Of a stretch of DNA of 64,000 nt, positions 24,701-37,981 are shown in pieces. This DNA is from Ascidiella aspersa (taxonomy: Eukaryota): positions 8,742,001-8,806,000 of the forward strand of contig OZ004612.1 of assembly GCA_963924565.1 (NCBI GenBank), given 5' to 3'. Position 1 is the stretch's first letter. The number at the start of each line of letters is the position of its first letter. Below the pieces are notes generated by a model. It made no database searches, was not told the origin of the DNA, and saw nothing but the letters and a program-made list of their open reading frames with translations. A program made the position numbers and the translations under genes.

Positions 24701-26754
24701 CGACGAATGCGTTACGGGAGGTGATTCTACATTGGTGGATATTTTCGAAGCGGTGGGCATTTTGCGCGAAGAGTCGCCAGAAAGTTTCCGAACCCTCCTT
24801 GAAGTTCCCAGCACCCACGAAACGATCGACCCGAAAGCGGAAAGGTTCTTTCAACATCAGAAATACAACGTCACTCTCGATTACTTCGGAAAGGTTGGGA
24901 TATTTGACAAGACATCTCAATTAGTTAACTGACAGTTACCCTACCAAGTCAAAGTGTGTGCAGCACATTAGAAGCATTGTCTCATTCCAAGTAAACAGTT
25001 ACAAGTCAAGTTTTACTACGAGTCATTGCAATATTAAAGAAGGCCAATTTCAATTGTTGGTATCAAAATTTACCCTTTCAAACATTAAAGTTAGATAAAT
25101 CAATAACCTAAAACTAAACATGTAGCAAGCAACTCACTTTTTATATGCAGATTTAGAAAAAAAACTAATCAATCACTTAATTTGCAACAGAATTTGTGTA
25201 ATAGACTCGATTACTATTCCCAGTGTTCCGATTGCTAAATCACGTCTTTTTAAACGAGAAAATTATATAAATGAGGCAAAATTAATAAACTTAAATTATA
25301 ACCATTTGTTCAATTAACTTGACTTGGATTTTACCAACTTGAAAAACTGTATTCTCTCAGAATTTGTATTTTTATTCATTCTACAGTGTATTCCTTGACT
25401 CGGACTAGCGGCATTTTAACCAATGTGATTCTGTAGCAATACTGGAAATTCTTTCTATAGGTTTTTGTCAGTTTATTAGGTTGGAACGTAAACACATGGT
25501 ATTTTTATTTTCTACGCCAGCCAGACGACTTTATTCACATATCTCAATGTTATCTTTTAACTTTGCAGATTGTCGGCGTCGCCTGGAATCCCGCCACGCT
25601 AGGAACGCCCCAAATATGTGAACACGACGTCGATAGGTATTACAAGGCCCACAGTGCATTGCTAAAAGTGGTCCGACAAAAAGACATACAGGTCATTAAA
25701 CTTTAAGTAAAATTATTTAAAGCAAATTGCTAAATAATATGTGGATAAATAATTGATTTATCGGGCACTGATGTAATGCATGTGTTCCATTTCAAGGTTT
25801 AACATAAAAGAATACAACAAAGGGCAATATGGAAGATAATATTATTATGCAATACGTCTCGTTTAATTGTTCTCAAAACTGTCTGTGTAGGTATAAGATA
25901 TCAGTATCACGACGTTATCGTTTCGTGCCACAATACCGTGCAAAAACTTTTTCTTGTGTCGGGAACAGAAAATAAAGTAAGATTAATTTAACAGTTTCGC
26001 TTCAAACTGGAAAGGGGTGACTTACTGGTGTTCAACAACCGAAGAATGGTTCACGCAAGAGATGCCTTCCAAATTAACGGCGGAAACAGGCACTTGCAGG
26101 TATTTCTATCTGATTAGAATTTACCAAAATGCCTGACTTAATTGTGGCTATTGCCTTAGTTTATCATTTGTGATATAAGTGTTGTAGGGCTGGATCCTCG
26201 TAGGAATAGATCACAGTTGATAAACACGTATTTGTGTGTATCTTTTCTTGAATAACGTGATTCTGTAAACCTTTTTAAAATGAAGTTCCTGACACGCACA
26301 GAATGCAGCAAGCATTGGCGCATGGTTGTTTCTTGGCTATAGCTCCCCTCTGAGTCTGTATCTCAGCTGACAAAGCGACGGTCCCGGTATGACCGAACAT
26401 CGTGAGTTCGAAGCTCACTCAAGGCCATATTTCTTTTTCTAGCCTGGCTTGCTTGCATCATTGGTCGACATATTCGGTTAGTCTGCGATGGTTTCAGTGT
26501 ATTGCGATATAAGTAAGCCGTTAACGTTAATCAAAAGCTACTTCAGAAGGGTTAGAGATCAGAGTTAACGAACGCGTATGTGTGTGCATCGTTCGCTAAG
26601 TGTCCCCTGGGCTCAAAACCTTAAAGACTCCTGTATCAATTCGCAGGGCATCTATATGAAGCTGGATGACTGGAAGTCGAAATACGTGACCTTGGCAAAA
26701 AGGCTCGACAAAGATGTCACCCCTCCTAAAATAGGAAACAACTCGTCGTTTTAG
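21709..26754 (+). CDS. Gamma-butyrobetaine dioxygenase (BBOX)-like 2OG-Fe(II) oxygenase, copy 1
   Basis: Exons 21709-21794, 22408-22541, 23006-23225, 23641-23716, 23845-23889, 24176-24303, 24698-24893, 25569-25691, 25995-26099, 26647-26754. Starts MACNIIQ (human BBOX1 starts MACTIQ). Motifs: WQDGH, WLRFNCFCEMC (Zn), LPLHQD (HxD), PGIQMLH, TGGDSTLVD, FNNRRMVHAR (distal His and Arg), RHLQGIY. Confidence 0.92.
26200..26595 (+). mobile_element. tRNA-derived repeat (SINE-like) in the last intron of BBOX copy 1
   Basis: tRNA-like core at about 26352-26427: A-box-like TATCTCAGCTGA, stem CGGTC-7nt-GACCG, T-arm GTGAG-TTCGAAG-CTCAC. The flanking motif GATCACAGTT..GTATxTGTGTG occurs on both sides. Confidence 0.65.
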
Positions 26755-28829
26755 AATGTTGCAGAATTTTATACCGAGAGATTTGTCTTTTTTATTTGAT
26801 TTTTTTTGGATTTTCGTGCGTAGTTTTACGAAAAGACTAAACATAGCTATAGCTTATTTAACGACTGACTCGGGTATAGGCTAAAACATGTTTATATATC
26901 GGTAAATGTTCAACAAGATTAACAACAAATAATTATTTTTATCATGATTTAATAACACAGCCTTATTGAATTATTCTTGAATCCAATGTTTTACGATCTA
27001 GCTACAATCCAGTCGCCAACAAATCAGTTAATTCTCGGGCAGTCGCTTTTCTTCATATTGTATTCACTCTGCTGCTGAAGAAAGATTCAACTATTATATT
27101 GAAACACTTTCAAGACGCTTTGTGCTGTGCTGCAGGCTGTTTTATAGTTATGCTGATATTTCGACTGTAAATACATTTTGCAACATACACGCATAATTGT
27201 CGGATCGGTTTGTTTATTTTTGACCTAATAGAGTCAGATACTATACGGTGGTCCGTGGCCAGTGTTACCCTGTACAAATATACACCAATTATGCACCCAC
27301 CGATAAAAAATGTGGGTGTTTTTACTTTTAAAACAAGAAAATATTGTTAAACAGCAGCAAATCCAGCAGTTTAAGAAGATATTTAAAATATTGAAAGGCG
27401 GTATGCATCGCTGGAGAGAACAAATATTACGCTGTTTGTAAAATAGAAATATTACGCTGATGTATGTGAGTGTAAACGGCAGCCGTTGGCAACATGGTTG
27501 ACACACCTGGCACGAAGCGAATTTATAGTAAATGTTTGGATTTAATTTGTTTGCAGTTAATTGGCAAAACCGCAATACTGTTAAAAATACGGAAATGCCT
27601 ATCAGGTGTTGACACAAAAGCTTTTTAAAGTTTCTTTCAGTACCGGCTAGTTTTAACAAGATTTACATAGACACCAATTCATAAATAGATCAAGTGACAA
27701 CATTTTTGTGCTGCAGTGTCCCGGATTGCCGATTACGTAACTAAGGCTATCGCTTGGGGTTCTTGGTAATTCATGTTTTCTGGCGCAGGAATTACAGTTG
27801 AAATAACATTGGTGTGTTTACCAAAACATTACAAATCTTTGTTGAGTAATTACTTACTTATCGTTTGTGTTTGGTACAACCGTTAAGCCATGTTGACTAC
27901 CGCATCCGAACGTGTTTTGCATCTACCTATACCAGTCATCTCAAGTGTGCCGCGTAATTTTTTGGTTATTTTATAAAATAGCCTAGTTTTTTTTTAAATA
28001 TACACGCAAACAGGCATTAAGACATGACTGACTAATATCTAAAGTCTGCAATGGCTTTCGGTGACTAATATCTAATTATGAAAATGGTCATATTAAGATA
28101 ACTAACGATTGCTTTATTCCCGTGTATAGGCGATTGTCAAGTTATGATAGTCATGTAGGCTATGTTGAAGTGTGCCGAGAATTTTTATTAATATTATTAG
28201 TGTGCCGCAACAAAACAAGTATAACAACCACTGACTAATTCTCTCGCAATCCTCTTTTGCTAGCATAGGTGTTTAATTAGCCAATCAGTAACTCTCTACA
28301 AAATTTAAGATATTCAGCTGTTTAAAAGTCCAACTTTTTATGAAATAACAATAATTACGCTTCGAGCTGCAAATTGTTTGTTAAAGATATGCAGGGCCAC
28401 TCTTATTAGAACATTCGACTTATTTCTGGGCACAAAGAGAGAGATTGGCGCACACAAACCTGTTTTTTTCTTTTTGCACTGCACCTTATGCACTTGTTTT
28501 TGTATTTTAGAGCGACTTGTGAACAGACGTTTTACGAGAAAAGTTGCAAAAGTTTACGAGAGCATCGCTTTAAAAGTTTATGGCAAATGTGTCATAAAAT
28601 GTGCATTTTAACAAATAAAGGCACTTCATTTTTTATATGATTGACCTTATACAAAAGGTATATAATTTCCCACTGTCCCAAAGGATTCATATTTTTTCGC
28701 CCGCTTCCAAAATGTCCGCTGTATCATTTAAGTGAGATCAATCAGTGGTTTCCGCAGTATGTGTGTCCTGGAAGCCTATAAGCGGACAATCGAAATCAGT
28801 TGATATATCAAGGATTTTCTTGCAAACGG

Positions 28830-30450
28830 CCTTTTCGAAATGAAATGGACGTAACTGAATCAACAAAACTGTGTAACAGCAGATTTTTTGCGCCGCTTAT
28901 TCGTCCTTTTTTGCATTCTTAACATGACCCATGCACTGCTAAATTAACCCAGATTTCCTGGATTTTTAATAACGTTCGGATTGAGAAAAGTTAGTCAACA
29001 GGTATATTAAAATTTCCTATTTTTGTAAAGAATATCGATACTCACTGTTTGTAAATATTAGCCTGTTTAAAAAGCGCTGAACAATGGTAAAATTTTATTT
29101 TGCCGCTCAGTCGTCATTAAAATTGAGTGAACTTGATTGAAATAATGCAAGTGCAAAATGTCAATCATCATAATTTCACCTTTCGTATCGAATTAGTAAT
29201 AATTAAAAAGACGACTTTCTGCAACGCGCACATAGGCTCGCGAATCTGTTCTCTTTGTACCTCTGGTGTAAATATATTGTACGACTCCTTTCAGGCCGTT
29301 TTTTTCTTTGTTCTAGAAGCTACTGTTTTACTTTTGTTAGCAGTAGCTACTGTAAAGGTGTATTTTAATAAGTATAGACAAAAATCCTTTTTATTAACCG
29401 ACACAAATTTAAATAAATTGGAAGAAGCAATACATGCGGCCCTAGTTTTTTCCGATATGTAATGCATGAAGTAAATTACACGAGCGAGCGATTAAATATG
29501 CCTAAATTATAAACAATTTAAAAAACGTGGCTAAACGTAAACCAAAATGAGAAGTTTAAATTAACACATCAATTTAAAGTTGACACATAAAACATAAAAA
29601 TTTAAATTGTTTTAACACTTTTTATTATACTCCTTGCGTCATAGCATCAACAACCCAATGGAACAATTAAACTGCAGTTATTGGTGAATTTGGCGACCCT
29701 ATAAAAGGTTTAGGCGACCCACATGTTGGAAATCGCTGTTGTAGTTTACGCTGACCGATAAATTATCAAAAGCGATTCTAAAGCACTCAGCTTAAATAGA
29801 TTATAGCCGCCGAATTAACATTTACAATACTGCAAGCCAAGATAGTACAAAATTAGCATTCCAGAATAAAAACGAAGTCCAATTTTAATTGTTGGTATCA
29901 AGGACGTAATACTATAATTACTTTTATAACAACAAAAAGCTTTGTCAAACAATTTTAAAGAGAAGTTACGCCCGTAACATTAGTAAATGTAGTGTTTAGA
30001 AGTTAGCAAATGTAATTTGAAGGATAAAAAAAAATTAAGATAACGGTGTTCTTTCGTGGTTGCCGCATGAGCAGATTTTGTGTTTCATACAAGCTTTGAT
30101 CACAATCAGCAACTTCAATTTTCCACCTCGGATTGTTGGTGTGCAAAAAAATCTTTCGTGCTCGGGTTAAGCAACCTTGGGCGTCCTTCAGTTTTTTCGT
30201 TTGCAAATAACATTCTCCCAACATTTTATTAAGCATGGCGACATCTGGATATTTTTCAGACTTTTGTGTAAGCAATGGTAACTCCTCCAAGACCGGTTCA
30301 AAACACGTTAAGGCCTGTTTAAAGTACTGACGACGCATATAGCTGGTGCCGATTGCCAAATCACATTTTATGCAAAATTGTCCAGTGCTAACAATCTTGG
30401 GCTTCCGGCAGTATTTCCGCTTGCGCATAACATTCTCCCAACATTTTATA
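28830..30450 (-). pseudogene. Relic B of the NTase-TPR family (C-terminal TPRs with a different tail, plus 3' flank)
   Basis: ORF 30003-30428 contains GQFCIKCDLAIGTSYMRRQYFKQAL...YETQNLLMR, which matches the last ~115 aa before the tail of the 1062-aa protein. 28840-29380 resembles 18377-18860 and 37985-38350. Cut by the MITE at 30454. Confidence 0.88.
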
Positions 30451-30453
30451 AAA

Positions 30454-31014
30454 CAGTGGTTCTCAAACGGGGATCGCGGTCCTTTTGGGGTCCGCTAGAC
30501 AATTTTCTGGGACCGCGAACCACCTAACAAAACGTCAACACAACCCTCGTGAAAAAATTTTCAGGTAACTCACTTTTCCAAACTAAGCTTAACAAACACA
30601 ATAATATTAACTATATGCCGCACATACGCCTAAATGTGGAACAAAAGAAAGAAAGCCAGATTCGGGTCGACCTATACGCACAAAGTGACATTAGCCACGA
30701 ATAGCTGTTCATTCACGTAATTCCGTGCTTCGAGTTAAATTGCGCATTTTGCTGTCATTAGTGTTTAGTTGTGCTAATGAGAATCACGTTTTTACAGCTT
30801 GCTGCGCTGCCACTGTGGGCTGTACGGTAACGGTTTTAAAACTGTTCGTGGAAAATTGCTGCTACTGCTAGCAAAGAAGCAAGTGCAACCGAACAGTTGA
30901 TACTATTAAAAACAACTTGTTATTTTGCGTATAATTTTAAGGGGACAGTGAGCAATTAAAAAAATTGCTAGGGGACCGTTGCGTAATTTTTTATATAAAG
31001 TTTGAGAACCACTG
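30454..31014. mobile_element. hAT MITE (CAGTGGTTCTCAAAC family)
   Basis: TIRs CAGTGGTTCTCAAAC / GTTTGAGAACCACTG. Paralog of 19633-20588 without the nested insertion. Confidence 0.88.
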
Positions 31015-32108
31015 GGTTAGAAGGTTTAGAAAAGGAGTAAGAAAGTAGTGCTTGAATGTAGAGCTAGTAGAATGACCATACTGTTTGACAGAACACGGTT
31101 CAGAAATAAACAAATTAGTAAAAGTTTTACCTTTTAGCTTTCAGTATCAACCGAGACTGCCAAACCGAAGATTTGTAAACGTACACCTGCTTTAAAGGTA
31201 CAAGTTCGAAACGATGATCACAATATATACGAGGTAAAGCGTTATGTTACGTTTGTGACCGCGCAAAAAACAATTAATTTGCAAAACAAGTATACGTCAA
31301 CCCTAAGATACTTAGGTATTGAACGCCTTTGTCAAAATAACAATAAACAAATCAAACCATTAGCTAATACAAAGAGCAACTGATAGTTTTGCTAATAGAT
31401 ACTTGTAGCTGGTGAATCGTCAGCCGTTGACAGGATATGTCGTCTATTACGTTCCGTTCGTGCAAAGCTCTATGCTAGGTGTTATGAGCAATTTTGACGT
31501 TTAACTTTTTTTTAAATCGTAGGACTAGCTATTGATTATAATAGACTAACAAATGCTTGCGCAGTAACGAAAATTTAACAGCAGACTTTAGAGACGGGTA
31601 TAGAAAGGTGTATGGTGTTAGGAAGTCTATTGTATTGTTATAACAGCAGGTACATCTGCGTGTTTCCAACAAGTCTGTGAGGATGAACTGCAATACCCAA
31701 CAAGTTCTACAAATCTACACACGATAATTAGGACGTTAATTTTTCGTCAGATTAAGTAACAAAGTGTTTCAATAAAAACCAAGCGTCAGAACTTAGAAAT
31801 AGTTGCTTTGCGAAGTAGTGAACTAAATTTTAGGACCTCCAGTATTTATTGGGTATTCGTAAATCTTGAGCAAACCACTTTGATAGACAAGGTTATAGTT
31901 CGCTAGAGTCGTTTTTACGCTTTCGCTCTTTGCATATACCAAAAAGCAGTTTATGAGTTTTCTATAAACTTAGTGGACAGGATAAAAGGTAATAGCAACT
32001 CTAGAATTATTGGCGAACTCGCAAAGATTAATATATTTTCTATATAACTTTGTTTTTGTAGTGAATAACTGATTTGGTAATTGTGCATTCGAGTTAAAGT
32101 GGTAAAAA

Positions 32109-35100
32109 ATGGCTTGCAACATAATACAATCGGTACAGTGCTCCCTGGACAAAAACACCTGCGAAATCGCTTGGCAAGACGGGCACATTAGCAGGTATTT
32201 GGGAAATGCTTTATTAAATTCGTTCGGTGTTAATAGTTCCCGATTATTGTTAATAGTTCCCGATTATAAATGGTTGTGGTGGTTCTTTATTGATGTTCCA
32301 GACGTAGCAAGTGATCCGAAGAAACATTTTTGTTCTAACAATTTTATTTGATAAGTACAAAAGACTCACAAAGGAACCAGAAAATGCCCGTTTTTTAAAT
32401 ATTAAAAGTTGAGCAATTTTGCCGATTTACTAAGAAGGAGTGTGTAAAGAGGGACTTGAAATAGTTTTGAATTTTTTTTAGCTGTTCTGAAACAACTCGA
32501 AGTGTACTAAAATGCACAACTTCGGTTGTAGCGACAGATCAAAGTCCAACATCATCTTAAATTGCAATGGTTACTAAACATTTTCGGCTTGCGGCATCCT
32601 CAATGAAGCAGGACCCTACAATGTCACAATAAACGCAATTAAAACAACCCGCATCAAATACATTTATCCAAAGTCCAGTGTGAAATTTGGACACAGACGT
32701 TTTAGCAGCATTTAGAAAAACAACTTAATATAGTGGCACACAGGCCTAAGATTTTATTGTTTTATCTACAAATCCACACGTTGCAGATTCCACGCGAAAT
32801 GGCTGCGCTTCAATTGTTTTTGTGAAATGTGCAAGGCGCCGACGGTTGGTGTTTACAGAATAGACATTGCTGCATTTCCGGATGAATTACTGCTTAAGGA
32901 TGCTGTTACAAAGGACAATGGTAAATACAACTTATGCAAATCAACTGTCATACATTTTTGTCGGGTAAAACAAAATTAGATTTTTTTGAATAACGAAGAC
33001 TTATTCGAAACGCAAAAACAATATCATATAGTTAAGTTTTCCTTGAACATATTTTTTACCATCTGAAGTTTTTATATAGGACCTTAAATTTCTTACGTTG
33101 AAAACTTCCAACCCTATAATATTTCAAACATCGAATAGTTTTATACTTTTCACAAATTGTTGTTTTCTATTTTTTTAAGGTTTTGCACTTCAAACAACTT
33201 ATGACGGAGATTTAATTTCCTCTCATTCGGCTTACCACCGATCCGAGTGGCTTCGCTCCAAATGCTACTGCAAGAAATGCTTGGATCGCAAAATACGTCG
33301 TGCTAACGTCATTACACACTACGTCACCGACGGGAAACGAGACAGAATTCCGCGTAGGGTGGAATTTGAGGAACTGAAAACAGACAAGGGTCTATTTAAG
33401 TGCGTTAGTTGTCACTTCGACGTTAAATAAAATACCGTCGGCAAATAAAAGCTATAACTTGACATGCATTGATCAATTTGCTGCTAGCTGTTTGTTAAAG
33501 TTAAAATAGTTTTACAGAAACTATGTTCTGCTGGACGAGCATGACGTATTATTCAATATTTTCGTCATGTTTCTCCTGTAATAATGTAAAATCAATTTCT
33601 GTCAAATAATGCATGTGAATATTTAATTGTTTGATGATCAAGAGCAAAATTGAGCAATGTAATTCGTAATTGTGTTATTTTATATAAATATGACTAAGGT
33701 AGAAAAGCAACGCAAAATTTAGTCTTCGCATCCGACTAATATATACTTTTTGAATTTTCAGTTTAAAAACAAAAAATATATAAATATATAAAACTGCTTA
33801 TTTTAATTTTTTAGAATGGTAAAGAACGTCGTTGAAACAGGACTTTGTCTCGTTAAAAATGTCCCAACACAGAATAAAATGGTTTTCAAGGTGAGTCTCA
33901 GTAGAAAAGAATCATTATGGTAGATAATAATTGTCTATTTAAACCGACCAAGGTCAAACTGAAACCTGTCGATTGAACAACCAGACCTGTTTTGGAATCT
34001 TTATTTGTTATTTTGCAGATAGCTGGAATGGTTGGACACATCGAATCGTCAACATACGGCGTGGTAGGTACCAATCTTTAAGATATTTTAGAAATTCACA
34101 ACTTTTAAAATCTAGAGTAACTGCAGATGCACTGAGTTCGACGTTATTTACACGAAGCAGATCAGATATTGTTAGTGAAACCAAAACACAGTTCCAAGTG
34201 TGCTTTTTTTTTGTATGGACGAAAAATTGTAAAAAGGCATTTTTTATGAAAATTGATTTATGTTATAGTTTTGTCAGAAGTATCTCAGCAGGTCGGTTTT
34301 ACGTTAAAATTGGCACAAGCATTTATTAACTGATAAAATTGCCTTTCAGATATTTGACGTTTTTGCGAAGGATTCCGATTCGGAGAATGTGGCTTACACG
34401 GCACTAAAGTTGCCTCTGCACCAAGATCAGATAAATTACGAGACCGCCCCGGGAATCCAAATGTTGCATGCAGTTGCGTAAGTAACATGAGCATAAAATT
34501 CACCAGTCTGCAAGTCCGCAACTTAATTCAGGTGTTTTTCTATTTGTTATTATCGGTCTACATTTCACACAACACAATTCACATACCGACCTGAAGATCT
34601 GTACAAAAATTAGTTTATATGGATGATATTGCAATTTATTGAAGTATAAGAAGTACGGAAAAAGGCGGTTGTGACATAAACCAAGGCTTAACTGAGAGGA
34701 CGATTTTGACCTACCTCCAGAGAGTCTATATTTACAGTAGAAAGTATACTTGGAAAGCATAAAAACAACTTTTCTATAACCACGCCATTTTCCCGTCTAA
34801 TCTGGGTATTCCTATTGCCTTCTGTAAAAGTTTTAGAACAGTGAACTCGATTTGTTTATCCTCGGCGTACAGTTTCGACGAATGCGTTACGGGAGGTGAT
34901 TCTACATTGGTGGATATTTTCGAAGCGGTGGGCATTTTGCGCGAAGAGTCGCCAGAAAGTTTCCGAACCCTCCTTGAAGTTCCCAGCACCCACGAAACGA
35001 TCGACCCGAAAGCGGAAAGGTTCTTTCAACATCAGAAATACAACGTCACTCTCGATTACTTCGGAAAGGTTGGGATATTTGACAAGACATCTCAATTAGT

Positions 35101-36992
35101 TAACTGACAGTTACCTTACCAAGTGAAGGTGTGTGCAGCACATTAGAAGCATTGTCTCATTCCAAGTAAACAGTTACAAGTCAAGTTTTACTACGAGTCA
35201 TTGCAATATTGAAGAAGGCCAATTTCAATTGTTGGTATCAAAATTTACCCTTTCAAACATTAAAGTTAGATAAATCAATAACCTAAAACTAAACATGTAG
35301 CAAGCAACTCACTTTTTATATGCAGATTTAGAAAAAAAACTAATCAATCACTTAATTTGCAACAGAATTTGTGTAATAGACTCGATTACTATTCCCAGTG
35401 TTCCGATTGCCAAATCACGTCTTTTTAAACGAGAAAATTATATAAATGAGGCAAAATTAATTAACTTAAATTATAACCATTTGTTCAATTAACTTGACTT
35501 GGATTTTACCAACTTGAAAAACTGTATTCTCTCAGAATTTTTATTTTTATTCATTCTACAGTGTATTCCTTGACTCGGACTAGCGGCATTTTAACCAATG
35601 TGATTGTATACCAATACTGGAAATTCTTTCTATAGGTTTTTGTCAGTTTATTAGGTTGGAATGTAAACACATGGTATTTTTATTTTCTACGCCAGCCAGA
35701 CGACTTTATTCACATATCTCAATGTTATCTTTTAACTTTGCAGATTGTCGGCGTCGCCTGGAATCCCGCCACGCTAGGAACGCCCCAAATATGTGAACAC
35801 GACGTCGATAGGTATTACAAGGCCCACAGTGCATTGTTAAAAGTGGCCCGACGCAAAGACATACAGGTCATTAAACTTTAGGTAAAATTATTTAAAGCAA
35901 ATTGCTAAATAATATGTGGATAAATAATTGATTTATCGGGCACTGATGTAATGCATGTGTTCCATTTCAAGGTTTAAAATAAAAGAATACAACAAAGGGC
36001 AATATGGAAGATAATATTATTATGTATTACGTCTCGTTTAATTGTTCTCAAAACTGTCTGTGTAGGTATAAGATATCAGTATCGCGTTGATGATTTAAAG
36101 CAGCACTGGAAAAATTTGTCATTCTCCAACTATAGCCACTCTTTAACTTATATTTTTTCATTTCGTGTCACAATACCGTGCAAAAACTTTTTCTTGTGTC
36201 GGGAACAGAAAATAAAATAAGATTAATTTAACAGTTTCGCTTCAAACTGGAAAGGGGTGACTTACTGGTGTTCAACAACCGAAGAATGGTTCACGCAAGA
36301 GATGCCTTCCAAATTAACGGCGGAAACAGGCACTTGCAGGTATTTCTATCTAATTAGAATTTACCGAAATGCCTGACTTAATTGTGGCTATTGCTTTAGT
36401 TAATCATTTGTGATATAAGTGTTGTAGGGCTGGATCCTCGTAGGAATAGATCACATTTGATAAACACGTATTTGTGTGTATCTTTTCTTGAATAACGTGA
36501 TTCTGTAAACCTTTTTAAAGTGAAGTTCCTGACACGCACAGAATGCAGCAAGCATTGGCGCATGGTTGTTTTTTGACTAGCTTCCCTCTGAGTCTGTATC
36601 TCAGCTGACAAAGCGACGGTCCCGGTATGACCGAACATCGTGAGTTCGAAGCTCACTCAAGGCCATAGTTGTTTTTCTAGCCTGGCTTGCTTGCATCATT
36701 GGTCGACATATTCGGTTAGTCTGCGATGGTTTCAGTGTATTGCGATATAAGTAAGCCCTTAACGTTAATCAAAAGCTACTTCAGAAGGGTTAGAGATCAG
36801 AGTTAACGAACGCGTATGTGTGTGCATCGTTCGCTAAGTGTCCCCTGGGCTCAAAACCTTAAAGACTCCTGTATCAATTCGCAGGGCACCTATATGAAGC
36901 TGGATGACTGGAAGTCGAAATACGTGACCTTGGCAAAGAGGCTCGACAAAGATGTCACCCCTCCTAAAATAGGAAACAACTCGTCGTTTTAG
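32109..36992 (+). CDS. Gamma-butyrobetaine dioxygenase (BBOX)-like, copy 2
   Basis: Exons 32109-32194, 32787-32920, 33180-33399, 33815-33890, 34019-34063, 34350-34477, 34873-35068, 35744-35866, 36235-36339, 36885-36992. Same motifs as copy 1, and it retains NVAYT. Confidence 0.92.
36440..36835 (+). mobile_element. tRNA-derived repeat (paralog of 26200-26595)
   Basis: Same tRNA-like core, GTGAGTTCGAAGCTCAC at about 36640-36656. Confidence 0.65.
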
Positions 36993-37538
36993 TTGATAAA
37001 CGTTTCATAAAGAATGTTGCAGAATTTTATACCGAGAGATTTGTCTTTTTTATTTGATTTTTTTTGGATTTTCGTGCGTAGTTTTACGAAAAGACAAAAC
37101 ATAGCTATAGCTTATTTAACGACTGACTCGGCTATAGGCTAAAACATGTATATATATCGGTAAATGTTTAACAAGATTAACAACGGGTTATTTTTTATTA
37201 TGATGTAATAATACAGCCCTATTGAATTATCCTTGAATCTAATGTATCGCGATCTAGCTACAATCCAGTCGACAACAGATCAGTTAATTCTCGGGCAGTC
37301 GCTTCTCTTCATATTATATTCACTCTGCTGCTGACGAAACATTCAACTATTATATTGCAACACTTGTGCTGCAGGCTGTTTTTGTTATGCTGATATTTCG
37401 ACTGTAAATACATTTTGCAACATACACGCATAATTGTCGGGTCAGTTTGTTTATTTTTGACCTAATAGAGTCAGATACTATCGGTCCGTGGCCAGTGTTA
37501 CCGTGTACAAATATACACCAATATTGCAACCACCGATA

Positions 37539-37981
37539 TGCGTATCTTTGCATAACCGACACGGGTTGAATGGAATCTTGCAGCGGTTGCTCTTCAGTCA
37601 CTTTCCCAAAGGAAACTTGCTGGCGTGCGGCATCATTCCGTCAAAGGAAATACCGCGGGGTGTCAGGCAGTCTGTAGAAACGCCAGGAGCTTCGCGTTTT
37701 GCCTACGTCGTTAACAAAAGGAAGCCACGCGCAGGAAATGATGGTCTCGCCAAAGCTGACGACGACTAACTGGAAGACGACGGTCAGCCATCATGGTAAT
37801 CTGACCGCCTTTGGACACCTTCTTCCAAGACGTAGACGTGCTCGAAATTCGAGTAAGGAGTTATCTCCATTCTTGCCAACGAGCCCATTCCAACCACAGC
37901 GTACGCGCAAGGAGGTTGCGATTTCAAGTTAACACAATACCGCACTATGATATGCATTAGCTCTGTGTTGCGCTTGCTGAT
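37539..37981 (-). pseudogene. Relic C: isolated, frameshifted nucleotidyltransferase core of the NTase-TPR family
   Basis: Matches 41416-41879 and encodes ISKRNTELMH..PPCAYAVVGMGSLARMEITPYSNFEHVYVLEEG (catalytic D changed to N). A deletion/frameshift follows DYH. Confidence 0.9.

Larger units (their letters stand above)
19481..27305. repeat. Segmental tandem duplication, copy 1 (TPR relic + MITE + BBOX-like gene)
   Basis: Colinear, high-identity match to about 30076-37537, including introns. Homology ends at caccgata (27305 / 37537). Confidence 0.92.
30076..37537. repeat. Segmental tandem duplication, copy 2
   Basis: Colinear match to 19481-27305. Confidence 0.92.

Noticed and set aside
26352-26427. 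Functional tRNA gene
   Set aside because: The acceptor and D stems pair poorly, the anticodon loop lacks U33, and dispersed copies are divergent, so it is a tRNA-derived repeat.
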